This document shows positions 1 through 15,000 of a stretch of 64,000 nucleotides of DNA, piece after piece. Source of the stretch: Eledone cirrhosa (Eukaryota). The position numbers were made by a program, and so were the translations under genes. The notes under the pieces were generated by a model. It made no database searches and had not been told where the DNA came from. It saw only the letters and a list, made by a program, of their open reading frames with translations. Numbering within the stretch: the stretch's first letter is position 1; every line of letters begins with the position of its first letter. The stretch covers positions 377,642,001 through 377,706,000 of the forward strand of contig OZ024742.1 in NCBI GenBank assembly GCA_964016885.1, in the 5' to 3' direction.

Positions 1-3000
1 AGGATATAACATGGTGTAGTGTTAGAGGAAGATATAACATGGTGTAGTGTTAGAGGAAGATATAACATGGTGTAGTGTTAGAGGAAGATATAAGATGGTG
101 TAGTGTTAGAGGAAGATATAACATGGTGTAGTGTTAGACGAGGATATAACATGGTGTAGTGTTAGAGGAAGATATAACATGGTGTAGTGTTAGAGGAAGA
201 TATAACATGGTGTAGTGTTAGAGGAAGATATAACATGGTGTAGTGTTAGTGGAAGATATAACATGGTGTAGTGTTAGAGGAAGATATAACATGGTGTAGT
301 ATTAGAGGAAGATATAACATGGTGTAGTGTTAGAGGAAGATATAACATGGTGTAGTGTTAGAGGAAGATATGACATGGTGTAGTGTTAGAGGAGGATATA
401 ACATGGTGTAGTGTTAGAGGAAGATATAACATGGTGTAGTGTTAGAGGAGGATATAACATGGTGTAGTGTTAGAGGAAGATATAAGATGGTGTAGTGTTA
501 GAGGAAGATATAACATGGTGTAGTGTTAGAGGAAGATATAACATGGTGTAGTGTTAGAGGAAGATATAACATGGTGTAGTGTTAGAGGAGGATATAACAT
601 GGTGTAGTGTTAGAGGAAGATATAACATGGTGTAGTGTTAGAGGAAGATATAACATGGTGTAGTGTTAGAGGAAGATATAACATGGTGTAGTGTTAGAGG
701 AGGATATAACATGGTGTAGTGTTAGAGGAAGATATAAGATGGTGTAGTGTTAGAGGAGGATATAACATGGTGTAGTGTTAGAGGAAGATATAAGATGGTG
801 TAGTGTTAGAGGAAGATATAACATGGTGTAGTGTTAGAGGAAGATATAAGATGGTGTAGTGTTAGAGGAAGATATAACATGGTGTAGTGTTAGAGGAGGA
901 TATAACATGGTTTAGTGTTAGAGGAAAATATAACATGGTGTAGTGTTAGAGGAAGATATAACATGGTGTAGTGTTAGAGGAAGATATAACATGGTGTGGT
1001 GTTAGAGGAAGATATAAGATGGTGTAGTGTTAGAGGAGGATATAACATGGTGTAGTGTTAGAGGAAGATATAACATGGTGTAGTGTTAGAGGAAGATATA
1101 ACATCGTGTAGTGTTAGAGGAAGATATAAGATGGTGTAGTATTAGAGGAAGATATAACATGGTGTAGTATTAGAGGAAGATATAACATGGTGTAGTGTTA
1201 GAGGAGGATATAACATGGTGTAGTGTTAGAGGAAGATATAACATGGTGTAGTGTTAGAGGAAGATATAAGATGGTGTAGTGCTAGAGGAAGATATAACAT
1301 GGTGTAGTGTTAGAGGAGGATATAACATGGTGTAGTATTAGAGGAAGATATAACATGGTGTAGTATTAGGGGAAGATATAACATGGTGTAGTGTTAGAGG
1401 AGGATATAACATGGTGTAGTGTTAGAGGAGGATATAACATGGTGTAGTGTTAGAGGAAGATATAACATTGTGTAGTGTTAGAGGAAGATATAACATGGTG
1501 TAGTATTAGAGGAAGATATAACATGGTGTAGTGTTAGAGGAGGATATACCATGGTGTAGTATTAGAGGAAGATATAACATGGTGTAGTGTTAGAGGAAGA
1601 TATAACATGGTGTAGTGTTAGAGGAAGATATAACATGGTGTAGTGTTAGAGGAGGATATAACATGGTGTAGTATTAGAGGAAGATATAACATGGTGTAGT
1701 ATTAGAGGAAGATATAACATGGTGTAGTGTTATAGGAAGATATAACATGGTGTAGTGTTAGAGGAGGATATAACATGGTGTAGTGTTAGAGGAAGATATA
1801 ACATGGTGTAGTGTTAGAGGAAGATATAACATGGTGTAGTATTAGAGGAAGATATAACATGGTGTAGTGTTAGAGGAGGATATAACATGGTGTAGTGTTA
1901 GAGGAGGATATAACATGGTGTAGTGTTAGAGGGAGATATCACATGGTGTAGTATTAGAGGAAGATATCACATGGTGTAGTATTAGAGGAGGATATACCAT
2001 GGTGTAGTGTTAGAGGAAGATATAACATGGTGTAGTGTTAGAGGAAGATATAACATGGTGTAGTGTTAGAGGAAGATATAACATGGTGTAGTGTTAGAGG
2101 AAGATATAACATGGTGTAGTGTTAGAGGAGGATATAACATGGTGTAGTATTAGAGGAAGATATAACATGGTGTAGTATTAGAGGAAGATATAACATGGTG
2201 TAGTATTAGAGGAAGATATAACATGGTGTAGTGTTAGAGGAGGATATAACATGGTGTAGTGTTAGAGGAAGATATAACATGGTGTAGTGTTAGAGGAAGA
2301 TATAACATGGTGTAGTGTTAGAGGAAGATATAACATGGTGTAGTGTTAGAGGAGGATATAACAAGGTGTAGTATTAGAGGAAGATATAACATGGTGTAGT
2401 ATTAGGGGAAGATATAACATGGTGTAGTGTTAGAGGAGGATATAACATGGTGTAGTGTTAGAGGAGGATATAACATGGTGTAGTGTTAGAGGAAGATATA
2501 ACATTGTGTAGTGTTAGAGGAAGATATAACATGGAGTAGTATTAGAGGAAGATATAACATGGTGTAGTGTTAGAGGAGGATATACCATGGTGTAGTGTTA
2601 GAGGAAGATATAACATGGTGTAGTGTTAGAGGAAGATATAACATGGTGTAGTGTTAGAGGAGGATATAACATGGTGTAGTGTTAGAGGAGGATATAACAT
2701 GGTGTAGTGTTAGAGGAAGATATCACATGGTGTAGTATTAGAGGAAGATATCACATGGTGTAGTATTAGAGGAGGATATACCATGGTGTAGTGTTAGAGG
2801 AAGATATAACATGGTGTAGTGTTAGAGGAAGATATAACATGGTGTAGTGTTAGAGGAAGATATAACATGGTGTAGTGTTAGAGGAAGATATAACATGGTG
2901 TAGTGTTAGAGGAGGATATAACATGGTGTAGTATTAGAGGAAGATATAACATGGTGTAGTATTAGGGGAAGATATAACATGGTGTAGTGTTAGAGGAGGA

Positions 3001-6000
3001 TATAACATGGTGTAGTGTTAGAGGAGGATATAACATGGTGTAGTGTTAGAGGAAGATATAACATTGTGTAGTGTTAGAGGAAGATATAACATGGTGTAGT
3101 GTTAGAGGAAGATATAACATGGTGTAGTGTTAGAGGAGGATATAACATGGTGTAGTGTTAAAGGAAGATATAACATGGTGTAGTATTAGAGGAAGATATA
3201 ACATGGTGTAGTATTAGAGGAAGATATAACATGGAGTAGTATTAGAGGAAGATATAACATGGTGTAGTGTTAGAGGAGGATATACCATGGTGTAGTGTTA
3301 GAGGAAGATATAACATGGTGTAGTGTTAGAGGAAGATATAACATGGTGTAGTGTTAGAGGAAGATATAACATGGTGTAGTGTTAGAGGAAGATATAACAT
3401 GGTGTAGTATTAGAGGAAGATATAACATGGTGTAGTGTTATAGGAGGATATAACATGGTGTAGTGTTAGAGGAAGATATAACATGGTGTAGTGTTAGAGG
3501 AAGATATAACATGGTGTAGTGTTAGAGGAAGATATAACATGGTGTAGTGTTAGAGGAAGATATAAGATGGTGTAGTGTTAGAGGAAGATATAAGATGGTG
3601 TAGTGTTAGAGGAAGATATAACATGGTGTAGTGTTAGAGGAGGATATAACATGGTGTAGTGTTAAAGGAAGATATAACATGGTGTAGTATTAGAGGAAGA
3701 TATAACATGGTGTAGTATTAGAGGAAGATATAACATGGTGTAGTATTAGAGGAAGATATAACATGGTGTAGTGTTAGAGGAGGATATAACATGGTGTAGT
3801 GTTAGAGGGAGATATAACATGGTGTAGTGTTAGAGGAAGATATAACATGGTGTAGTGTTAGAGGAAGATATAACATGGTGTAGTGTTAGAGGAGGATATA
3901 ACATGGTGTAGTATTAGAGGAAGATATAACATGGTGTAGTATTAGGGGAAGATATAACATGGTGTAGTGTTAGAGGAGGATATAACATGGTGTAGTGTTA
4001 GAGGAGGATATAACATGGTGTAGTGCTAGAGGAAGATATAACATTGTGTAGTGTTAGAGGAAGATATAACATGGAGTAGTATTAGAGGAAGATATAACAT
4101 GGTTTTGTGTTAGAGGAGGATATACCATGGTGTAGTGTTAGAGGAAGATATAACATGGTGTAGTGTTAGAGGAAGATATAACTTGGTGTAGTGTTAGAGG
4201 AAGATATAACATGGTGTAGTATTAGAGGAAGATATAACATGGTGTAGTGTTAGAGGAGGATATAACATGGTGTAGTATTAGAGGAAGATATAACATGGTG
4301 TAGTATTAGAGGAAGATATAACATGGTGTAGTGTTATAGGAGGATATAACATGGTGTAGTGTTAGAGGAGGATATAACATGGTGTAGTGTTAGAGGAAGA
4401 TATAACATGGTGTAGTGTTAGAGGAAGATATAACATGGTGTAGTATTAGAGGAATATATAATATGGTGTAGTGTTAGAGGAGGATATAACATGGTGTAGT
4501 ATTAGAGGAAGATATAACATGGTGTAGTGTTATAGGAGGATATAACATGGATTAGTGTTAGAGGAGGATATAACATGGTGTAGTGTTAGAGGAAGATATG
4601 ACATGGTGTAGTGTTAGAGGAAGATATAACATGGTGTAGTATTAGAGGAAGATATAACATGGTGTAGTGTTAGAGGAGGATATAACATGGTGTAGTATTA
4701 GAGGAAGATATAACATGGTGTAGTGTTAGAGGAGGATATAACATGGTGTAGTATTAGAGGAAGATATAACATGGTGTAGTATTAGAGGAAGATATAACAT
4801 GGTGTAGTGTTATAGGAGGATATAACATGGTGTAGTGTTAGAGGAAGATATAACATGGTGTATTGTTAGAGGAGGATATAACATAGTGTAGTGTTAGAGG
4901 AAGATATAACATGGTGCAGTGTTAGAGGAGGATATAACATGGTGTAGTATTAGAGGAAGATATAACATGGTGTAGTATTAGAGGAAGATATAACATGGTA
5001 TAGTGTTATAGGAGGATATAACATGGTGTAGTGTTAGAGGAGGATATAACATGGTGTAGTGTTAGAGGAGGATATAACATGGTGTAGTATTAGAGGAAGA
5101 TATCACATGGTGTAGTATTAGAGGAAGATATCACATGGTGTAGTGTTAGAGGAGGATATAACATGGTGTAGTGTTAGAGGAGGATATAACATGGTGTAGT
5201 GTTAGAGGAAGATATAACATGGTGTAGTTTGAGAGGAAGATATAACATGGTGTAGTATTAGAGGAAGATATAACATGGTGTAGTGTTAGAGGAGGATATA
5301 ACATGGTGTAGTGTTAGAGGAGGATATAACATGGTGTAGTGTTAGAGGAAGATATCACATGGTGTAGTATTAGAGGAAGATATCACATGGTGTAGTATTA
5401 GAGGAGGATATACCATGGTGTAGTGTTAGAGGAAGATATAACATGGTGTAGTGTTAGAGGAAGATATAACATGGTGTAGTGTTAGAGGAAGATATAACAT
5501 GGTGTAGTGTTAGAGGAGGATATAACATGGTGTAGTATTAGAGGAAGATATAACATGGTGTAGTATTAGAGGAAGATATAACATGGTGTAGTGTTATAGG
5601 AGGATCTAAGATGGTGTAGTGTTAGAGGAGGATATAACATGGTGTAGTGTTAGAGGAAGATATAACATGGTGTAGTGTTAGAGGAAGATATAACATGGTG
5701 TATTATTAGAGGAAAATATAACATGGTGTAGTGTTAAAGGAAGATATAACATGGTGTAGTATTAGAGGAAGATATAACATGGTGTAGTATTAGAGGAAGA
5801 TATAACATGGTGTAGTATTAGAGGAAGATATAACATGGTGTAGTGTTAGAGGAAGATATAACATGGTGTAGTGTTAGAGGAAGATATAACATGGTGTAGT
5901 GTTAGAGGAGGATATAACATGGTGTAGTGTTAGAGGAAGATATAACATGGTGTAGTGTTAGAGGAAGATATAACATGGTGTAGTGTTAGAGGAAGATATA

Positions 6001-9000
6001 ACATGGTGTAGTGTTAAAGGAGGATATAACATGGTGTAGTATTAGAGGAAGATATAACATGGTGTAGTATTAGGGGAAGATATAACATGGTGTAGTGTTA
6101 GAGGAGGATATAACATGGTGTAGTGTTAGAGGAGGATATAACATGGTGTAGTGTTAGAGGAAGATATAACATTGTGTAGTGTTAGAGGAAGATATAACAT
6201 GGTGTAGTATTAGAGGAAGATATAACATGGTGTAGTGTTAGAGGAGGATATAACATGGTGTAGTGTTAAAGGAAGATATAACATGGTGTAGTATTAGAGG
6301 AAGATATAACATGGTGTAGTATTAGAGGAAGATATAACATGGTGTAGTATTAGAGGAAGATATAACATGGTGTAGTGTTAGAGGAGGATATAACATGGTG
6401 TAGTGTTAGAGGAAGATATAACATGGTGTAGTGTTAGAGGAAGATATAACATGGTGTAGTGTTAGAGGAAGATATAACATGGTGTAGTGTTAGAGGAGGA
6501 TATAACATGGTGTAGTGTTAGAGGAAGATATAACATGGTGTAGTGTTAGAGGAAGATATAACATGGTGTAGTGTTAGAGGAAGATATAACATGGTGTAGT
6601 GTTAGAGGAGGATATAACATGGTGTAGTATTAGAGGAAGATATAACATGGTGTAGTATTAGGGGAAGATATAACATGGTGTAGTGTTAGAGGAGGATATA
6701 ACATGGTGTAGTGTTAGAGGAGGATATAACATGGTGTAGTGTTAGAGGAAGATATAACATTGTGTAGTGTTAGAGGAAGATATCACATGGTGTAGTATTA
6801 GAGGAATATATAACATGGTGTAGTGTTAGAGGAGGATATACCATGGTGTAGTGTTAGAGGAAGATATAACATGGTGTAGTGTTAGAGGAAGATATAACAT
6901 GGTGTAGTGTTAGAGGAAGATATAACATGGTGTAGTGTTAGAGGAGGATATAACATGGTGTAGTATTAGAGGAAGATATAACATGGTGTAGTATTAGAGG
7001 AAGATATAACATGGTGTAGTGATATAGGAGGATATAACATGGTGTAGTGTTAGAGGAGGATATAACATGGTGTAGTGTTAGAGGAAGATATAACATGGTG
7101 TAGTGTTAGAGGAAGATATAACATGGTGTAGTATTAGAGGAAGATATAACATGGTGTAGTGTTAGAGGAGGATATCACATGGTGTAGTTTTAGAGGAAGA
7201 TATCACATGGTGTAGTATTAGATGAGGATATACCATGGTGTAGTGTTAGAGGAAGATATAACATGGTGTAGTGTTAGAGGAAGATATAACATGGTGTAGT
7301 GTTAGAGGAAGATATAACATGGTGTAGTGTTAGAGGAGGATATAACATGGTGTAGTATTAGAGGAAGATATAAATGGTGTAGTATTAGAGGAAGATATTA
7401 CATGGTGTAGTGTTATAGGAGGATATAACATGGTGTAGTGTTAGAGGAGGATATAACATGGTGTAGTGTTAGAGGAAGATATAACATGGTGTAGTGTTAG
7501 AGGAAGATATAACATGGTGTAGTGTTAGAGGAGGATATAACATGGTGTAGTGTTAGAGGAAGATATAACATGGTGTAGTGTTAGAGGAGGATATAACATG
7601 GTGTAGTATTAGAGGAAGATATAACATGGTGTAGTATTAGAGGAAGATATAACATGGTGTAGTGTTATAGGAGGATATAACATGGTGTAGTGTTAGAGGA
7701 GGATATAACATGATGTAGTGTTAGAGGAAGATATAACATGGTGTACTGTTAGAGGAAGATATAACATGGTGTAGTGTTAGAGGAAGATATAACATGGTGT
7801 AGTGTTAGAGGAGGATATACCATGGTGTAGTGTTAGAGGAAGATATAACATGGTGTAGTGTTAGAGGAAGATATAACATGGTGTAGTGTTAGAGGAAGAT
7901 ATAACATGGTGTAGTGTTAGAGGAAGATATAACATGGTGTAGTGTTAGAGGAGGATATAACATGGTGTAGTATTAGAGGAAGATATAACATGGTGTAGTA
8001 TTAGGGGAAGATATAACATGGTGTAGTGTTAGAGGAGGATATAACATGGTGTAGTGTTAGAGGAGGATATAACATGGTGTAGTGTTAGAGGAAGATATAA
8101 CATTGTGTAGTGTTAGAGGAAGATATAACATGGTGTAGTATTAGAGGAAGATATAACATGGTGTAGTGTTAGAGGAGGATATAACATGGTGTAGTGTTAA
8201 AGGAAGATATAACATGGTGTAGTATTAGAGGAAGATATAACATGGTGTAGTATTAGAGGAAGATATAACATGGAGTAGTATTAGAGGAAGATATAACATG
8301 GTGTAGTGTTAGAGGAGGATATACCATGGTGTAGTGTTAGAGGAAGATATAACATGGTGTAGTGTTAGAGGAAGATATAACATGGTGTAGTGTTAGAGGA
8401 AGATATAACATGGTGTAGTGTTAGAGGAAGATATAACATGGTGTAGTATTAGAGGAAGATATAACATGGTGTAGTGTTATAGGAGGATATAACATGGTGT
8501 AGTGTTAGAGGAAGATATAACATGGTGTAGTGTTAGAGGAAGATATAACATGGTGTAGTGTTAGAGGAAGATATAACATGGTGTAGTGTTAGAGGAAGAT
8601 ATAAGATGGTGTAGTGTTAGAGGAAGATATAAGATGGTGTAGTGTTAGAGGAAGATATAACATGGTGTAGTGTTAGAGGAGGATATAACATGGTGTAGTG
8701 TTAAAGGAAGATATAACATGGTGTAGTATTAGAGGAAGATATAACATGGTGTAGTATTAGAGGAAGATATAACATGGTGTAGTATTAGAGGAAGATATAA
8801 CATGGTGTAGTGTTAGAGGAGGATATAACATGGTGTAGTGTTAGAGGGAGATATAACATGGTGTAGTGTTAGAGGAAGATATAACATGGTGTAGTGTTAG
8901 AGGAAGATATAACATGGTGTAGTGTTAGAGGAGGATATAACATGGTGTAGTATTAGAGGAAGATATAACATGGTGTAGTATTAGGGGAAGATATAACATG

Positions 9001-12000
9001 GTGTAGTGTTAGAGGAGGATATAACATGGTGTAGTGTTAGAGGAGGATATAACATGGTGTAGTGTTAGAGGAAGATATAACATTGTGTAGTGTTAGAGGA
9101 AGATATAACATGGAGTAGTATTAGAGGAAGATATAACATGGTTTTGTGTTAGAGGAGGATATACCATGGTGTAGTGTTAGAGGAAGATATAACATGGTGT
9201 AGTGTTAGAGGAAGATATAACTTGGTGTAGTGTTAGAGGAAGATATAACATGGTGTAGTATTAGAGGAAGATATAACATGGTGTAGTGTTAGAGGAGGAT
9301 ATAACATGGTGTAGTATTAGAGGAAGATATAACATGGTGTAGTATTAGAGGAAGATATAACATGGTGTAGTGTTATAGGAGGATATAACATGGTGTAGTG
9401 TTAGAGGAGGATATAACATGGTGTAGTGTTAGAGGAAGATATAACATGGTGTAGTGTTAGAGGAAGATATAACATGGTGTAGTATTAGAGGAAGATATAA
9501 CATGGTGTAGTGTTAGAGGAGGATATAACATGGTGTAGTATTAGAGGAAGATATAACATGGTGTAGTGTTATAGGAGGATATAACATGGATTAGTGTTAG
9601 AGGAGGATATAACATGGTGTAGTGTTAGAGGAAGATATGACATGGTGTAGTGTTAGAGGAAGATATAACATGGTGTAGTATTAGAGGAAGATATAACATG
9701 GTGTAGTGTTAGAGGAGGATATAACATGGTGTAGTATTAGAGGAAGATATAACATGGTGTAGTGTTAGAGGAGGATATAACATGGTGTAGTATTAGAGGA
9801 AGATATAACATGGTGTAGTATTAGAGGAAGATATAACATGGTGTAGTGTTATAGGAGGATATAACATGGTGTAGTGTTAGAGGAGGATATAACATGGTGT
9901 AGTGTTAGAGGAAGATATAACATGGTGTAGTGTTAGAGGAAGATATAACATGGTGTAGTGTTAGAGGAAGATATAACATGGTGTATTGTTAGAGGAGGAT
10001 ATAACATAGTGTAGTGTTAGAGGAAGATATAACATGGTGCAGTGTTAGAGGAGGATATAACATGGTGTAGTATTAGAGGAAGATATAACATGGTGTAGTA
10101 TTAGAGGAAGATATAACATGGTATAGTGTTATAGGAGGATATAACATGGTGTAGTGTTAGAGGAGGATATAACATGGTGTAGTGTTAGAGGAGGATATAA
10201 CATGGTGTAGTATTAGAGGAAGATATCACATGGTGTAGTATTAGAGGAAGATATCACATGGTGTAGTGTTAGAGGAGGATATAACATGGTGTAGTGTTAG
10301 AGGAGGATATAACATGGTGTAGTGTTAGAGGAAGATATAACATGGTGTAGTGTTAGAGGAAGATATAACATGGTGTAGTATTAGAGGAAGATATAACATG
10401 GTGCAGTGTTAGAGGAGGATATAATATGGTGTAGTGTTAGAGGAGGATATAACATGGTGTAGTGTTAGAGGAAGATATCACATGGTGTAGTATTAGAGGA
10501 AGATATCACATGGTGTAGTATTAGAGGAGGATATACCATGGTGTAGTGTTAGAGGAAGATATAACATGGTGTAGTGTTAGAGGAAGATATAACATGGTGT
10601 AGTGTTAGAGGAAGATATAACATGGTGTAGTATTAGAGGAAGATATAACATGGTGTAGTATTAGAGGAAGATATAACATGGTGTAGTGTTATAGGAGGAT
10701 CTAAGATGGTGTAGTGTTAGAGGAGGATATAACATGGTGTAGTGTTAGAGGAAGATATAACATGGTGTAGTGTTAGAGGAAGATATAACATGGTGTATTA
10801 TTAGAGGAAAATATAACATGGTGTAGTGTTAGAGGAGGATATAACATGGTGTAGTGTTAGAGGAAGATATAACATGGTGTATTATTAGAGGAAGATATAA
10901 CATGGTGTAGTATTAGAGGAAGATATAACATGGTGTAGTGTTAGAGGAAGATATAACATGGTGTAGTGTTAGAGGAAGATATAACATGGTGTAGTGTTAG
11001 AGGAGTATATAACATGGTGTAGTGTTAGAGGAAGATATAACATGGTGTAGTGTTAGAGGAGGATATAACATGGTGTAGTGTTAGAGGAAGATATAAGATG
11101 GTGTAGTGTTAGAGGAAGATATAACATGGTGTAGTGTTAGAGGAAGATATAAGATGGTGTAGTGTTAGAGGAAGATATAACATGTTGTAATGTTAGAGGA
11201 GGATATAACATGGTGTAGTGTTAGAGGAAGATATAACATGGTGTAGTGTTAGAGGAAGATATAACATGGTGTAGTGTTAGAGGAAGATATAACATGGTGT
11301 AGTGTTAGAGGAAGATATAAGAAGGTGTAGTGTTAGAGGAGGATATAACATGGTGTAGTGTTAGAGGAAGATATAACATGGTGTAGTGTTAGAGGAAGAT
11401 ATAACATCGTGTAGTGTTAGAGGAAGATATAAGATGGTGTAGTGTTAGAGGAAGATATAACATGGTGTAGTGTTAGACGAGGATATAACATGGTGTAGTG
11501 TTAGAGGAAGATATAACATGGTGTAGTGTTAGAGGAAGATATAACATGGTGTAGTGTTAGAGGAGGATATAACATGGTGTAGTGTTAAAGGAAGATATAA
11601 CATGGTGTAGTATTAGAGGAAGATATAACATGGTGTAGTATTAGAGGAAGATATAACATGGTGTAGTATTAGAGGAAGATATAACATGGTGTAGTGTTAG
11701 AGGAAGATATAACATGGTGTAGTGTTAGAGGAAGATATAACATGGTGTAGTGTTAGAGGAGGATATAACATGGTGTAGTGTTAGAGGAAGATATAACATG
11801 GTGTAGTGTTAGAGGAAGATATAACATGGTGTAGTGTTAGAGGAAGATATAACATGGTGTAGTGTTAAAGGAGGATATAACATGGTGTAGTATTAGAGGA
11901 AGATATAACATGGTGTAGTATTAGGGGAAGACATAACATGGTGTAGTGTTAGAGGAGGATATAACATGGTGTAGTGTTAGAGGAGGATATAACATGGTGT

Positions 12001-15000
12001 AGTGTTAGAGGAAGATATAACATTGTGTAGTGTTAGAGGAAGATATAACATGGTGTAGTATTAGAGGAAGATATAACATGGTGTAGTGTTAGAGGAGGAT
12101 ATAACATGGTGTAGTGTTAAAGGAAGATATAACATGGTGTAGTATTAGAGGAAGATATAACATGGTGTAGTATTAGAGGAAGATATAACATGGTGTAGTA
12201 TTAGAGGAAGATATAACATGGTGTAGTGTTAGAGGAGGATATAACATGGTGTAGTGTTAGAGGCAGATATAACATGGTGTAGTGTTAGAGGAAGATATAA
12301 CATGGTGTAGTGTTAGAGGAAGATATAACATGGTGTAGTGTTAGAGGAGGATATAACATGGTGTAGTGTTAGAGGAAGATATAACATGGTGTAGTGTTAG
12401 AGGAAGATATAACATGGTGTAGTGTTAGAGGAAGATATAACATGGTGTAGTGTTAGAGGAGGATATAACATGGTGTAGTATTAGAGGAAGATATAACATG
12501 GTGTAGTATTAGGGGAAGATATAACATGGTGTAGTGTTAGAGGAGGATATAACATGGTGTAGTGTTAGAGGAGGATATAACATGGTGTAGTGTTAGAGGA
12601 AGATATAACATTGTGTAGTGTTAGAGGAAGATATCACATGGTGTAGTATTAGAGGAAGATATAACATGGTGTAGTGTTAGAGGAGGATATACCATGGTGT
12701 AGTGTTAGAGGAAGATATAACATGGTGTAGTGTTAGAGGAAGATATAACATGGTGTAGTGTTAGAGGAAGATATAACATGGTGTAGTGTTAGAGGAGTAT
12801 ATAACATGGTGTAGTATTAGAGGAAGATATAACATGGTGTAGTATTAGAGGAAGATATAACATGGTGTAATGATATAGGAGGATATAACATGGTGTAGTG
12901 TTAGAGGAGGATATAACATGGTGTAGTGTTAGAGGAAGATATAACATGGTGTAGTGTTAGAGGAAGATATAACATGGTGTAGTATTAGAGGAAGATATAA
13001 CATGGTGTAGTGTTAGAGGAGGATATAACATGGTGTAGTGTTAGAGGAGGATATAACATGGTGTAGTGTTAGAGGAAGATATCACATGGTGTAGTATTAG
13101 AGGAAGATATCAAATGGTGTAGTATTAGATGAGGATATACCATGGTGTAGTTTTAGAGGAAGATATAACATGGTGTAGTGTTAGAGGAGGATATACCATG
13201 GTGTAGTGTTAGAGGAAGATATAACATGGTGTAGTGTTAGAGGAAGATATAACATGGTGTAGTGTTAGAGGAAGATATAACATGGTGTAGTGTTAGAGGA
13301 AGATATAACATGCTGAAGTGTTAGAGTAGGATATAACATGGTGTAGTGTTAGAGGAAGATATAACATGGTGTAGTATTAGAGGAAGATATAACATGGTGT
13401 AGTGTTAAAGGAGGATATAACATGGTGTAGTGTTAGAGGAGGATATAACATGGTGTAGTGTTAGAGGAAGATATCACATGGTGTAGTATTAGAGGAAGAT
13501 ATCACATGGTGTAGTATTAGATGAGGATATACCATGGTGTAGTGTTAGAGGAAGATATAACATGGTGTAGTGTTAGAGGAAGATATAACATGGTGTAGTG
13601 TTAGAGGAAGATATAACATGGTGTAGTGTTAGAGGAGGATATAACATGGTGTAGTATTAGAGGAAGATATAAATGGTGTAGTATTAGAGGAAGATATTAC
13701 ATGGTGTAGTGTTATAGGAGGATATAACATGGTGTAGTGTTAGAGGAGGATATAACATGGTGTAGTGTTAGAGGAAGATATAACATGGTGTAGTGTTAGA
13801 GGAAGATATAACATGGTGTAGTGTTAGAGGAGGATATAACATGGTGTAGTGTTAGAGGAAGATATAACATGGTGTAGTGTTAGAGGAGGATATAACATGG
13901 TGTAGTATTAGAGGAAGATATAACATGGTGTAGTATTAGAGGAAGATATAACATGGTGTAGTGTTATAGGAGGATATAACATGGTGTAGTGTTAGAGGAG
14001 GATATAACATGATGTAGTGTTAGAGGAAGATATAACATGGTGTACTGTTAGAGGAAGATATAACATGGTGTAGTGTTAGAGGAGGATATAACATGGTGTA
14101 GTGTTAGAGGAAGATATAACATGGTGTAGTGTTAGAGGAGGATATAACATGGTGTAGTGTTAGAGGAAGATATAACATGGTGTAGTGTTAGAGGAAGATA
14201 TAACATGGTGTAGTGTTAGAGGAGGATATAACATGGTGTAGTGTTAGAGGAAGATATAACATGGTGTAGTGTTAGAGGAAGATATAACATGGTGTAGTGT
14301 TAGAGGAGGATATAACATGGTGTAGTATTAGAGGAAGATATAACATGGTGTAGTATTAGGGGAAGATATAACATGGTGTAGTGTTAGAGGAGGATATAAC
14401 ATGGTGTAGTGTTAGAGGAGGATATAACATGGTGTAGTGTTAGAGGAAGATATAACATTGTGTAGTGTTAGAGGAAGATATAACATGGAGTAGTATTAGA
14501 GGAAGATATAACATGGTGTAGTGTTAGAGGAGGATATACCATGGTGTAGTGTTAGAGGAAGATATAACATGGTGTAGTGTTAGAGGAAGATATAACATGG
14601 TGTAGTGTTAGAGGAAGATATAACATGGTGTAGTGTTAGAGGAAGATATAACATGGTGTAGTGTTAGAGGAAGATATAAGATGGTGTAGTGTTAGAGGAA
14701 GATATAACATGGTGTAGTGTTAGACGAGGATATAACATGGTGTAGTGTTAGAGGAAGATATAACATGGTGTAGTGTTAGAGGAAGATATAACATGGTGTA
14801 GTGTTAGAGGAGGATATAACATGGTGTAGTATTAGAGGAAGATATAACATGGTGTAGTATTAGGGGAAGATATAACATGGTGTAGTGTTAGAGGAGGATA
14901 TAACATGGTGTAGTGTTAGAGGAGGATATAACATGGTGTAGTGTTAGAGGAAGATATAACATTGTGTAGTGTTAGAGGAAGATATCACATGGTGTAGTAT